The notes beneath the pieces are model-generated. The model was given only the letters and a program-made list of their open reading frames with translations, searched no databases and was not told the origin of the DNA. Source: a virus. Taken from it: DNA of 64,000 nt. The translations under genes and the position numbers were made by a program. Of the stretch, positions 1-8,546 are shown piece by piece (position 1 is the stretch's first letter; every line of letters starts with the position of its first letter). The stretch is from positions 32,882-96,881 of IMG/VR virus record IMGVR_UViG_3300044695_002580; one strand, given 5' to 3'.

Positions 1-19
1 AATCCTGGGTCTTTGCTCA

Positions 20-400
20 TTAGATTGACCCTCCTAATGTGTTTCGGCTTGTTGATTGGGTAGTGTTAGGGGTGTTGGAGTAATCAGACTCTACACGCTG
101 TTCTCTACCTGCAGGAAGACGTACGATATCTTCCAAACCTAACTCTACCTCAGTATAGCCGTAGCGGTCTGGGAATAGGTTAATTTGTGGCAAGTTGGGA
201 CGAACATACTCTTGTAGTTCTGCGCCGCTCATAGTCCAGGTAGCAAGCGCCTGATTAAGTAGGCGGTCTTGATTAGACTGGAATGGCCCTAAGTATTCCT
301 GTGGGGGAAACGCAGCCTCTTCAGGTGTGTGATAAGGCTTGCGACCATCATTAGTCCACGGTCTGCGACCGTAGGTACCGTCTGAATATTTACCTGGCAT
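20..400 (-). CDS. hypothetical protein
   Basis: 126-aa ORF in tandem with neighbour (3-nt gap); no motif recognised. Confidence 0.7.
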   Translation of the reverse strand: MPGKYSDGTYGRRPWTNDGRKPYHTPEEAAFPPQEYLGPFQSNQDRLLNQALATWTMSGAELQEYVRPNLPQINLFPDRYGYTEVELGLEDIVRLPAGREQRVESDYSNTPNTTQSTSRNTLGGSI

Positions 401-403
401 AGT

Positions 404-943
404 TTACTTCCACTGTGGTCTCATGCGTGCCATTTGGTCTTGGCGTGCGTTGTTAACATACATTGGTGAATCACTGCGTACAGTTGGGCCAGCCTTACCA
501 TCATTTGGCAAGTGTGGTGCTGGAGCAATGTCTGCCATAAATACATGGCGAGGACTTCTGTAAACGTTGCCTTCTTTAACAGCGTTCATTTGACGAACAA
601 TGCCAGAGTGTGGTTCAAGACCAGCTGGGTAGTAATAACCCTGTTGGTCAATTCGTTCACCACGGTGCACACCACGTTGGTATGAACGCTGGCCTATTCT
701 AACTTTAAGTGAGTCGAGCACATTTTCAGATTGTGAATTAGGGCGGCCGCGGTCATCACGACGTGTGCGGATAGTACCTAAGTATCCATCTGGATATTCT
801 GCTTGTGGTGCTCGACCTACACCTAATCGAAGTTCATCAAGCTCATTACGAGCAACAGGAACACCGCCGCCACCGTAGTTTGTATACGTACCGTATAAAC
901 CACTGGCGCCTAGGTTCTGTGTATTTTGATGTGGATTAGGCAT
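404..943 (-). CDS. hypothetical Gly/Arg/Pro-rich protein
   Basis: 179-aa ORF; GAGG RBS-like element just upstream; no motif recognised. Confidence 0.7.
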   Translation of the reverse strand: MPNPHQNTQNLGASGLYGTYTNYGGGGVPVARNELDELRLGVGRAPQAEYPDGYLGTIRTRRDDRGRPNSQSENVLDSLKVRIGQRSYQRGVHRGERIDQQGYYYPAGLEPHSGIVRQMNAVKEGNVYRSPRHVFMADIAPAPHLPNDGKAGPTVRSDSPMYVNNARQDQMARMRPQWK

Positions 944-966
944 GCCTCAATGATACGCCTGTATGT

Positions 967-1992
967 TTAGACCGTAGCCTTAAACTCGTGGCCCTCGTAA
1001 AGGGTCCAGCCATCCATGATGTGAATTGGCTGCAAAGTAAAGGAATCGTCTGGTCTTACCCAGCCAATCATAACGCCCTGTTGCCAGTCTTCCCAGTGCT
1101 TTACTGGACGACCGTTGTCGTTTAACCCAGAACCGTAGGAAGGCACTGCGCCATCTACACGACATAGACATCCTGGTGAACCTGATACCGAACGGATAGG
1201 GCCGTCGCCATTGGCAACAGTCTTGTACTGAAGTTCCTGTCGGTGAGCGTGGCCAAATACTGTGGAAACGTGTGGGTTCTTATTTACATATGCCGAGGCT
1301 GTTGAGCCATTAGAACGCACAGTAGTTCCGTGGATAGCACGGAGCTGTGGGGTAATCCAGTACTCACCCGCTGGGTAAGCGCCTACATAATTAACATTTA
1401 ATTCGTCAAGGCGGAGTAAATATTGAATAGACATAACTGGCCAATCTTCAGGGGTAGCGTTGGCTCGCTTGATACCTTTTGACGCCATAGCGTTAGCGAC
1501 TACGTAGCGCTGCATACGGCAATCGTGGTTACCTTCTAGCAAAGTAATCTTTGCGTCTGGGCATGTGGCACGTTGCTTTGCTAATAGTTGATGTCCGTAA
1601 TCAAGTGCTGGTTGCACTGTGTGTGCAAACATTTCTTCTTGTGCGTACTTACCCATTGTTGGTAGGTCTAGGTAATCACCTAAATGAATAATCTCATCTA
1701 CACCGTACTTCTCTTCCAAATACGCTAGTAGTTGAAAATGAACCTCAATAGCTGCTTCATCATGGAATGGGTCTAGCGTACCGTCTTCATACTTACGGTA
1801 GCCAATCTGTGGGTCTGGAACGAACATAATTAATCGTCCGTCTTTTTTACCCTTGCGCTCTTTATAAGTAGCGGGCTTAATTACTGTTGGTTTTGCTGGT
1901 TGAACTGGTGGCCAAGACCAGTCAGTTTTATTACTGACAACAACCCTATCAAATATAGAAGATAGTGATTCTTTCATTTCTGGCATGTGCAA
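967..1992 (-). CDS. calcineurin-like metallophosphoesterase
   Basis: Motifs DPQIG, HLGDYLD, LEGNHD, AIHG, FGHAH in canonical order. Confidence 0.85.
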   Translation of the reverse strand: MHMPEMKESLSSIFDRVVVSNKTDWSWPPVQPAKPTVIKPATYKERKGKKDGRLIMFVPDPQIGYRKYEDGTLDPFHDEAAIEVHFQLLAYLEEKYGVDEIIHLGDYLDLPTMGKYAQEEMFAHTVQPALDYGHQLLAKQRATCPDAKITLLEGNHDCRMQRYVVANAMASKGIKRANATPEDWPVMSIQYLLRLDELNVNYVGAYPAGEYWITPQLRAIHGTTVRSNGSTASAYVNKNPHVSTVFGHAHRQELQYKTVANGDGPIRSVSGSPGCLCRVDGAVPSYGSGLNDNGRPVKHWEDWQQGVMIGWVRPDDSFTLQPIHIMDGWTLYEGHEFKATV

Positions 1993-2231
1993 TACTCCTT
2001 AAAGTGTGAGCGAAAGGCAGTAAGTCCCATAGGTAAATTAACTCCAGCTTCTTGCAACGCTTCAAATAGGTTCTTAATATCTACGCTTCTGTTTTCATTT
2101 TTTAGGCTATTAAATTTTTCTTGGTCATCTTTAGATAATGTATTTACCCACTTCTGTGTTTTACACTTCTTTGGAAGTTTTGCATCAGCAATAAACACAT
2201 CTAATATAGACCCCAATGTATCCTTTGGCAT
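1974..2231 (-). CDS. small hypothetical protein, possible Zn-binding HTH
   Basis: 85 aa; C...RSH-x4-CxC; overlaps phosphoesterase start; GAGAGG RBS. Confidence 0.65.
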   Translation of the reverse strand: MPKDTLGSILDVFIADAKLPKKCKTQKWVNTLSKDDQEKFNSLKNENRSVDIKNLFEALQEAGVNLPMGLTAFRSHFKEYCTCQK

Positions 2232-2297
2232 ACGACCTCTCTCTGATTAAAGGATGATTCCGTACAATAGCCTATCACACATAAGGTGTTTGTATAG

Positions 2298-2329
2298 CAA
2301 AACACCCACGATTTTTATCGTGGGTGTTT
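2298..2329 (-). terminator. intrinsic terminator after hsp20
   Basis: 13-bp perfect inverted repeat AAACACCCACGAT/ATCGTGGGTGTTT ending in T run on minus strand. Confidence 0.7.
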
Positions 2330-2352
2330 GACCTTGTTATCGTGATTGCAAG

Positions 2353-2377
2353 GTGGACGTCAGTGGACGTCAGTGGA
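2353..2377. repeat. intergenic 10-bp tandem repeat (GTGGACGTCA x2.5)
   Basis: gtggacgtca gtggacgtca gtgga read directly. Confidence 0.8.
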
Positions 2378-2402
2378 GTCGTACTATAACCTGGTTATAG
2401 TG

Positions 2403-2924
2403 CTATTTAATTTTGATTGTCTTTTCTTTCTTTTCTTCAGGAAGGATTCGCTGCAATTCAATAGTCAGGAAGCCGTCCGCTAGCTTAGCGTCCAGCACTA
2501 CTACGTCATCTGCGATGGCAAACTTCTGAGTAAAGTTACGTGCAGCAATGCCTTTGTAGGCATACTCCCCGTCGTCTTCCCCTCTGTTGCCCTCTACAGT
2601 TAGTACGTTTTCCTTATATGTAATCTTAACATCATCCTTCTTGAACCCCGCAATAGCAAGCTCAATCTCCGCCTTATCATCTGGCAAGGTCTTGATATTG
2701 TAGGGAGGGTAATTAGATTTAATGCGTACGTCTTCTAACTCTTTAAATAGGTTTAGTTGACGGTCAAACCCAAAAGTCCACGGAGCAAGCATGTTTTGCA
2801 ATGCTGCAAAGGGGTCGGTTTGAGGGAGTGTCTGAAACTGTTGAATTACTTTTGGCTTTTCCCACTGTTCGTGAGGTGACCCCTTAGGGTATCCGCCAAT
2901 ATTATTGTTGTAGCCTGAAGCCAT
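2403..2924 (-). CDS. hsp20: small heat shock protein (Hsp20/alpha-crystallin, IbpA-like)
   Basis: NYPPYNI, ELAIAGF, YKGIAARNF, AKLADGFLTI, PEEKK..IKI motifs; start reassigned to ATG at 2924 with AAGGAGA RBS. Confidence 0.92.
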   Translation of the reverse strand: MASGYNNNIGGYPKGSPHEQWEKPKVIQQFQTLPQTDPFAALQNMLAPWTFGFDRQLNLFKELEDVRIKSNYPPYNIKTLPDDKAEIELAIAGFKKDDVKITYKENVLTVEGNRGEDDGEYAYKGIAARNFTQKFAIADDVVVLDAKLADGFLTIELQRILPEEKKEKTIKIK

Positions 2925-3021
2925 AATATATCTCCTTAGACGATATAACTTTTTGTGACCCTCCGAGTGAGCGGTCAACACTATTGTAACGTAATCTAAA
3001 TTAGAATATTCCCATAAATGC

Positions 3022-3049
3022 CAAAGGCCCCCAGTTACGGGGGCCTTTG
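3022..3049 (-). terminator. intrinsic terminator
   Basis: CAAAGGCCCCC-agttac-GGGGGCCTTTG 11-bp stem just after the 3062 stop. Confidence 0.7.
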
Positions 3050-3061
3050 CGCTATTCAGTT

Positions 3062-3403
3062 TTAGTTGTGGTCAGCCGTACCATCAGAGAAGTTAGGCTT
3101 TACACGATTTACTGCAGGAGCAATGATACGCCCATTTGCCTGGGTGGATGTTGCTTCTGGTGCAGTTGTCTTCTGGAAGTTAACGCGAATGCCATAGCGA
3201 GCGCCACCTGTCGCAGATACGTTACTGCGAGAAGGCTTAGCCTGCTTGTATGGGTCGGTTGCTCCCTTGGCGTTACCAGTCTTCTTAACTAATGTGCCTT
3301 TCAAGGCTTTAGCTACTTTAGCTGGCTTTGCGCCCGTCGCATTAGATGCGGAGCTAGAAGTCGGAGCTAGGGGCGCCGAGTTCTTAGTTGAGTCTTTTGT
3401 CAT
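3062..3403 (-). CDS. basic Ala/Lys/Thr-rich hypothetical protein
   Basis: 113 aa, AAGGA RBS, followed by terminator. Confidence 0.65.
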   Translation of the reverse strand: MTKDSTKNSAPLAPTSSSASNATGAKPAKVAKALKGTLVKKTGNAKGATDPYKQAKPSRSNVSATGGARYGIRVNFQKTTAPEATSTQANGRIIAPAVNRVKPNFSDGTADHN

Positions 3404-3462
3404 TTGTATTCCTTTGGCCGAAGGTATAAAAAGGGTAAGGTATTTACTTGGGAAATACAGGG

Positions 3463-3744
3463 TTAACGTGCACTGACGTCGAAGATGATGGCTGATATCT
3501 GGCCGTCATGGCTCTCAATGCTGGTAAATCCTGGGATACAGATTAAATCCATGCCTCTAGGGGCGGTATACCCGCGGGCAATGGCGATGGCCTTTACGGC
3601 CTGATTGATGGCACCAGCTCCTACAGCACGAATCTTGCAGGCTCGGGTCTCATAGATGCTATGAGCAATGGCTGATGCTACGGCTTGTGGATTAGAACCA
3701 GCGCTTACGCGTAGAACCTGGTCGTCTTTCTGTTCTTCTGACAT
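3463..3744 (-). CDS. spoVS: stage V sporulation protein S (SpoVS) homolog
   Basis: VLRVSAGSNP..VASAIA and RAVGAGAINQAVKAIAIARGY.AP.G.DL.CIPGF match the SpoVS signature across the full length. Confidence 0.92.
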   Translation of the reverse strand: MSEEQKDDQVLRVSAGSNPQAVASAIAHSIYETRACKIRAVGAGAINQAVKAIAIARGYTAPRGMDLICIPGFTSIESHDGQISAIIFDVSAR

Positions 3745-3793
3745 TTAATACTCCTATTAGTGATACTTGTTATTGGAGTATCTATTATGTATT

Positions 3794-4015
3794 TTAAATT
3801 AGATTTGGTCTGTCTAAAGGGGTGGGAGCCTTGGCGTAGGTCCCACATATTGAGCATTCCATATCCAGAAGATACTGGGATATCTCATAGTCCTGGAAGC
3901 TGGCTTTTATGTTCCAAAGGCTAGACTCACAGTTAGGGCACTCGTGGCAAACCGTGTGCTCGTAGGCCATAGTCCCCGTAAAATCGGGTTTTAGCTCTCT
4001 AATGCTCTTTGTCAT
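3794..4015 (-). CDS. zinc-ribbon protein
   Basis: CPNC...CSIC pair. Confidence 0.65.
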   Translation of the reverse strand: MTKSIRELKPDFTGTMAYEHTVCHECPNCESSLWNIKASFQDYEISQYLLDMECSICGTYAKAPTPLDRPNLI

Positions 4016-4304
4016 GTCTGCAATTTATAAAGTCTTGGGCAACGTGGCAGGCTACATCTATATAAACTGAAGCATTTGTAAACAGGTCTACGGGGTGGTG
4101 CAGCTCATCCCCACCTCGAACACCCCAATTGTTAGACAAATATTCCCTAAGACCTGGGACCAGGGTGTCAATAAACTGGTCTACAGTCATCCAACCATCT
4201 TGGATTAGGTCATTATTCTTGTGGTTCTTCGGCAAGACCGTGCTCTTTCTTAAATTTAAATAAACTATCCATAAACTTCTGCTTCTCAGCTTCCATCTGC
4301 TCAA
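3999..4304 (-). CDS. hypothetical protein (true start probably ATG at 4190)
   Basis: ORF fills the gap between neighbours; upstream part overlaps the 4213 gene. Confidence 0.55.
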   Translation of the reverse strand: MSRWKLRSRSLWIVYLNLRKSTVLPKNHKNNDLIQDGWMTVDQFIDTLVPGLREYLSNNWGVRGGDELHHPVDLFTNASVYIDVACHVAQDFINCRHDKEH

Positions 4305-4461
4305 TCTCCTCAGCAGATAGTTTTTCTTTATTCTTTTCGTATAACTCTAGGCCAAGATTAAACTGGGCCTCTAGAACTTTAAGTTCCTGTAAACGGCGTT
4401 GTTTAATAAAAGCCTTTTGCTCTGCAATACGTGCTGCTCGCTTATCTTGTGTCTTACTCAT
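4213..4461 (-). CDS. coiled-coil hypothetical protein
   Basis: 82 aa, E/K/Q-rich; ATGA overlap with upstream gene. Confidence 0.65.
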   Translation of the reverse strand: MSKTQDKRAARIAEQKAFIKQRRLQELKVLEAQFNLGLELYEKNKEKLSAEEIEQMEAEKQKFMDSLFKFKKEHGLAEEPQE

Positions 4462-4628
4462 CCCTGGCCTCCCCAGCCTCCACCTTTAAATTGAACAGCA
4501 GGTGGTGTGTAACTTTTAATCATAAACTCACCGCAACCTTCGCAAGTAGGGCGCTGTGTAGCGTCAAATGCAAAATGCATCTCTACTGTACGGTCGCACT
4601 TCATGCATGTGAAGTCGTACTTTGGCAT
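4458..4628 (-). CDS. FmdB-family zinc-ribbon protein (not in ORF track)
   Basis: Hand translation, 56 aa: MPKYDFTCMKCDRTVEMHFAFDATQRPTCEGCGEFMIKSYTPPAVQFKGGGWGGQG; MPxYxxxCxxC...CxxCG...FKGxGW signature. Confidence 0.85.
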   Translation of the reverse strand: MPKYDFTCMKCDRTVEMHFAFDATQRPTCEGCGEFMIKSYTPPAVQFKGGGWGGQG

Positions 4629-5174
4629 TTAAATCTCCCGATAATCTGGACTCTGTACCTGCTGGTAAATAGCCTTTTCATACGCAAGCGTACCATCCCC
4701 TGAGCATAGCCGCGCAAGCCCATACGCATCACAAGCGTTGTCATCAGTAAAGGTCTGCCCCCACTTTTTGTAGGTATGCAGAATCATCTGGTTCTTTTGG
4801 CCAGAGCCTGCGCCTGTTACATACTTCTTTAGCGTAGTTGGGGGGACTATCAGTGGGTACTTGTCAATATCTGCCAACTCCATCTTAACTAGGCCACCAA
4901 GCTCACCTAGATGGAATACCTTGCCTTTGGCTCCCATTGCGTAGCCTTCCATGGCTACATCAATAATCTCTACCCTAGATACCCAATCACGGATAAACGC
5001 ACGTATATCTAACATACGTGGCATCCCTTTGTTGGTGGATTTGTAAACTTCTGCGTAATACGTATTGTCTTTATACGCACACATCGCAAAGCCAGTAAAG
5101 GACTGGTCTATACCTAAGTAGATTGGGCTACTGTCGGTCAGGTCCAGACCTCCTTCAATTTTTTTAAGGGGCAT
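4629..5174 (-). CDS. ruvC: RuvC-like Holliday junction resolvase
   Basis: LGIDQS, AMEGY, VPPTTLKKYVTGAG, DNACDAY; start taken as ATG 5174. Confidence 0.82.
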   Translation of the reverse strand: MPLKKIEGGLDLTDSSPIYLGIDQSFTGFAMCAYKDNTYYAEVYKSTNKGMPRMLDIRAFIRDWVSRVEIIDVAMEGYAMGAKGKVFHLGELGGLVKMELADIDKYPLIVPPTTLKKYVTGAGSGQKNQMILHTYKKWGQTFTDDNACDAYGLARLCSGDGTLAYEKAIYQQVQSPDYREI

Positions 5175-5658
5175 ACCTATTAAACCCAGTGACACGACCG
5201 CTAGAAGTTCTACGTGTTAACTCACGGCTAGTCAATGAGTAGTAGCGTTCGATGTTATCTAGGATAGTTCTAATCATCTTATGGTATGCGCGAGCATATG
5301 AGTAGGCATCTGATAGCTCTTTAACAAGAGGCTCTGCCTCTACCTGAGCTCTAAGTAAGGTTGCTTTCTCTGATGCTTTACCTGAGGTCTTGGATAGTAA
5401 ACCAGAGTTTACAGCCTCACTGTAGAAAGCCTCGGCCTCCATCTCAGCCAGTTCAGCGCAGGCAGCTTGAGTACGAAGGAAGTTCATGTTCTCGATGTAC
5501 TTGCTGGCCATACTCATGAGCTCTGTGTCATCTACTAATGTGATATCGCTAGGGAAGTCAGGCAACTCTAATTTAAGTGAGCGCTTTAGTGGCAACCCTT
5601 GTTCTTCTAATTGCTTTAGTACTTGTTCACTTACACCTGTGGCTACTAGGTCAGTCAT
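5164..5658 (-). CDS. hypothetical helical protein
   Basis: ORF in recombination operon; start likely ATG 5658; C-terminal SRELTRR. Confidence 0.65.
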   Translation of the reverse strand: MTDLVATGVSEQVLKQLEEQGLPLKRSLKLELPDFPSDITLVDDTELMSMASKYIENMNFLRTQAACAELAEMEAEAFYSEAVNSGLLSKTSGKASEKATLLRAQVEAEPLVKELSDAYSYARAYHKMIRTILDNIERYYSLTSRELTRRTSSGRVTGFNRYAP

Positions 5659-6508
5659 TGTATCCTCCGCATCGCTCGCAATTACCCCAACCATCGATAT
5701 TACACGGTGGTGGTGTCTGATTATTTACTGCTTCCACAATCTTAGCAGCAGCTTCGAACAAAGGTGCAATCGAGAAGTCGCTCTTTGGTATCACAAACTC
5801 TTTAGGTTCTTGTGACGCCTTGTTCTCATAAATAATTACAGCCTCTTGTGGAACTACCTCCATGTTAAGGAGTTCAGCAAGCTTCATGTATATCTGTACC
5901 TGATTAATATGGGATTCAAAAGGCTCTTTAATCGCTGCAAACATCTTATCTAGGTCACCATTGTGTTCCATAAATAATGATGGGTTTTCCCAACGGATGG
6001 TGCCTGCACCTATGGACTTAATCTCCAGCATCAATGGGTCACCAAGGTTTAGTAGGATGCCATCTGAGTGTCCATTGATTCGCAATGGCTCATAAAATAA
6101 CGGGACCTCTCGGTATTCCAACGGTCCCTCATGGCAGTCAGAACCACCAAAAAACATCTCGCCACACTCTATGCAGTACCACTTACCGTACAGCGTTCCC
6201 ATATCCTGAAACCAACCCTGCCACTTAGCGTGGATAGCGTGGCCTTCAGCAAATATGGATGCAGTTCGCAAAGTCATAGTGCGATTAGATACTGGGGCTT
6301 TACCCATTAGATGATAGTAGGAAGCTCTGTGGCACCACTCTTTTTTAACCATGTCAGAGGGATGTAGCACGTCTGTGCGACGGCTTAGGTCTTTTGGCTT
6401 TGCAATTAGGTGACGCTCAAGTGAGCCTAATACACGTGTTTTCTTTCTAGACACGTCTACAAATGCTTTCAGTGCCCCTGTTATTTCTTGTGGTTTCGAT
6501 GCTTTCAT
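5651..6508 (-). CDS. Cas4-like / PD-(D/E)XK exonuclease
   Basis: HPS..WC.R, GHSDG..EIKS, QVQIY, C-terminal C..CxxC cluster. Confidence 0.8.
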   Translation of the reverse strand: MKASKPQEITGALKAFVDVSRKKTRVLGSLERHLIAKPKDLSRRTDVLHPSDMVKKEWCHRASYYHLMGKAPVSNRTMTLRTASIFAEGHAIHAKWQGWFQDMGTLYGKWYCIECGEMFFGGSDCHEGPLEYREVPLFYEPLRINGHSDGILLNLGDPLMLEIKSIGAGTIRWENPSLFMEHNGDLDKMFAAIKEPFESHINQVQIYMKLAELLNMEVVPQEAVIIYENKASQEPKEFVIPKSDFSIAPLFEAAAKIVEAVNNQTPPPCNIDGWGNCERCGGYND

Positions 6509-6510
6509 GC

Positions 6511-6828
6511 CTAGACCTTATCATCAAATAGGTGTTCCTTTAAAGTGGTTCCATCTTTTTTTAATTTACGTTTTAGCGCGTTGCGTTCACGGTGGCTAAG
6601 GCCACCCCAGATACCGTGCTGTTCATCCATCTGTTCGGAGTACAGCAGGCATTCCTTGCGTACAGGGCACTCTGGTAAACCATCTTTACCAAAGCATACG
6701 CCCTTGGATACTTCTGCTATTTTTCTATATTTAGTTTTGTCACGTGGAGGAAACCAAAGCTCGGTATCCATGCCACGACACTTAGCGTTGTGTCGCCAGC
6801 CCTCTACGTGCCCTGCGTCGTTGAACAA
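6511..6828 (-). CDS. whiB: WhiB-family Fe-S transcription factor
   Basis: W...AKC, four Cys, CPVRKECL, GIWGG, ER motif. Confidence 0.93.
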   Translation of the reverse strand: MFNDAGHVEGWRHNAKCRGMDTELWFPPRDKTKYRKIAEVSKGVCFGKDGLPECPVRKECLLYSEQMDEQHGIWGGLSHRERNALKRKLKKDGTTLKEHLFDDKV

Positions 6829-7145
6829 TTATGCTCCTGAAGATTCTGGCGCATTTCCAGAAAGTCATCTTCAGTAAGCAATACATAATTACTATTGTTT
6901 AGACTGAATCCGAGGACGGGTATCCGACTATCAACGATGGCTTCGTTAACAATCTTTTCTAGTACTGCTGCCTTGACAGTTACCTGAGCTTTGCCAGTCC
7001 ACTTGTGTTCTATTAACAAGTCCTTAGACCTAACATCACCCTTACGACTCCAAAACGCACCGCTGGCAGCATTACGCTTACCACCGACAAGTTTTGCCAA
7101 TCGCTCCTCGTGCTTCTTAGACTCCTTCTGGCCTTTACTCTTCAT
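6804..7145 (-). CDS. PD-(D/E)XK Holliday junction resolvase-like nuclease
   Basis: HEERLA...SGA...KGDV...IEHK motif. Confidence 0.7.
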   Translation of the reverse strand: MKSKGQKESKKHEERLAKLVGGKRNAASGAFWSRKGDVRSKDLLIEHKWTGKAQVTVKAAVLEKIVNEAIVDSRIPVLGFSLNNSNYVLLTEDDFLEMRQNLQEHNCSTTQGT

Positions 7146-8184
7146 CGGCTACGAACTTAGAACCTGCCCGTATGGCATCTAGTACGTCGCGCTCAAGTAG
7201 TTCCTTAAGGTCAATCTCTTCCCGTATAGCGCTAAGCATACCATCTTGTCCCATCCACTTTCTATCCCCATAGTTGTAATAGGCGCCAGTGCGCTTGATT
7301 ACCTTATTAAGGATACCCATGGCCATAATCTCCTTGGCAAAATCAATCTCGCCAGCTGGGATATGCCCACCATCTGCAAAGTAGAAGTCAAAGGTAGAGA
7401 CCTGGGAAGGGGCTGCTGACTTGTTCTTTAGGACTCGGACCTTAATTGACTGTCCTACACGGCGCTTTTCTTGGCCTGTACCAACCTCAATCCACTCATC
7501 TCGACGGACCTCGCAGCGGGTAAAGAAGGCGTAATCCTTGCCTAGACCACCTGGGGTAGTGCGTGGGTCTCCATACATGACGCCAATCTTTGAGCGCCAC
7601 TGGTTAATAATAATTCCGATAAAGGGACGCTCCTCCTCTACAAGGGAGCGCTTAGATGCCTTGCCTACCTTACGGAAGAACTTGTTAGTAAGGAGGGCGC
7701 CGCGACCTACAGTAGATTCCTCCATCTCCTTATCGTCCTCTGCTGTAGGGACCAAGGCAGGTAGCGAATCAAGAACAATACAATCAACCGCTCTACTTTC
7801 TGTAAGTTGGATAACGGCTTCATACGCTTCCTCCATAATATTAGTTGACACTACGTAAACACGTGAGGTGTCTACGCCACACATAGTTGCGTAACTATCT
7901 ACCCACTGCTCAGCAGCAACCCATACAGTAGTGAAGTCTGGGTTTGCTTTTTGATTTGCTGCTACAGTCTTTAATGCAATAGCAGTCTTTCCGTTGCTGG
8001 CTTCTCCAATTAGTTCATGCCATTGGTTAGCAGGCCATCCGCCACCAAGAGACACGTCTAAGGCTAGAGAGCCTGAAGTAAAACGAGGAGGCTGTTCAAT
8101 AATTTCTGAACCTAATACAACAGTTCCGTCTCCATACTTTTTATTAATGCTGGCAATAGTTTTAATTAGTTCTGCGTTTTTCAT
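7135..8184 (-). CDS. recA: RecA recombinase
   Basis: SGSLALDVSLGGG, Walker A GEASNGKT, IVLDS, INQWRSKIGVMYGDPRTTPGG. Confidence 0.95.
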   Translation of the reverse strand: MKNAELIKTIASINKKYGDGTVVLGSEIIEQPPRFTSGSLALDVSLGGGWPANQWHELIGEASNGKTAIALKTVAANQKANPDFTTVWVAAEQWVDSYATMCGVDTSRVYVVSTNIMEEAYEAVIQLTESRAVDCIVLDSLPALVPTAEDDKEMEESTVGRGALLTNKFFRKVGKASKRSLVEEERPFIGIIINQWRSKIGVMYGDPRTTPGGLGKDYAFFTRCEVRRDEWIEVGTGQEKRRVGQSIKVRVLKNKSAAPSQVSTFDFYFADGGHIPAGEIDFAKEIMAMGILNKVIKRTGAYYNYGDRKWMGQDGMLSAIREEIDLKELLERDVLDAIRAGSKFVADEE

Positions 8185-8546
8185 TATTCAATCTTTCCGA
8201 TAATGACATTTGGATTCCATCCGCCTGCCTGGACTTGTCTTGATGGTTGCGGTGCACCTGCACTTTGTTGACCTGAAACGATACCTCTACCCATGCCACT
8301 ACCTGATTGGACTATTGGATATCCGCAATCGTAACATCGTTTTCTAGACTCTGGAGTAGCGCCACCATAGTTATTGCTACCACAGCCTGGACAACGCTCA
8401 GCTTGCGGTGTCATCTGCTGTGTTGGTGGATACTGTGGCTGTGGCGACTGTACATAGGTTGCTGGTTGTGGTTGTACAACACCTTGTCGTTGTGGCTGTT
8501 GAGGCGCTTGCGTACCTAACTTATTTGCCCACCAATTACTGCTCAT
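8184..8546 (-). CDS. Gln/Pro-rich zinc-ribbon protein
   Basis: CPGC...CYDC; TAATG coupling to recA. Confidence 0.65.
   Translation of the reverse strand: MSSNWWANKLGTQAPQQPQRQGVVQPQPATYVQSPQPQYPPTQQMTPQAERCPGCGSNNYGGATPESRKRCYDCGYPIVQSGSGMGRGIVSGQQSAGAPQPSRQVQAGGWNPNVIIGKIE

Noticed and set aside
2340-6508. CRISPR mini-array associated with the Cas4-like gene
   Set aside because: No repeat-spacer structure seen anywhere; the 10-bp repeat has no spacers; solo Cas4-like nucleases are common in phages
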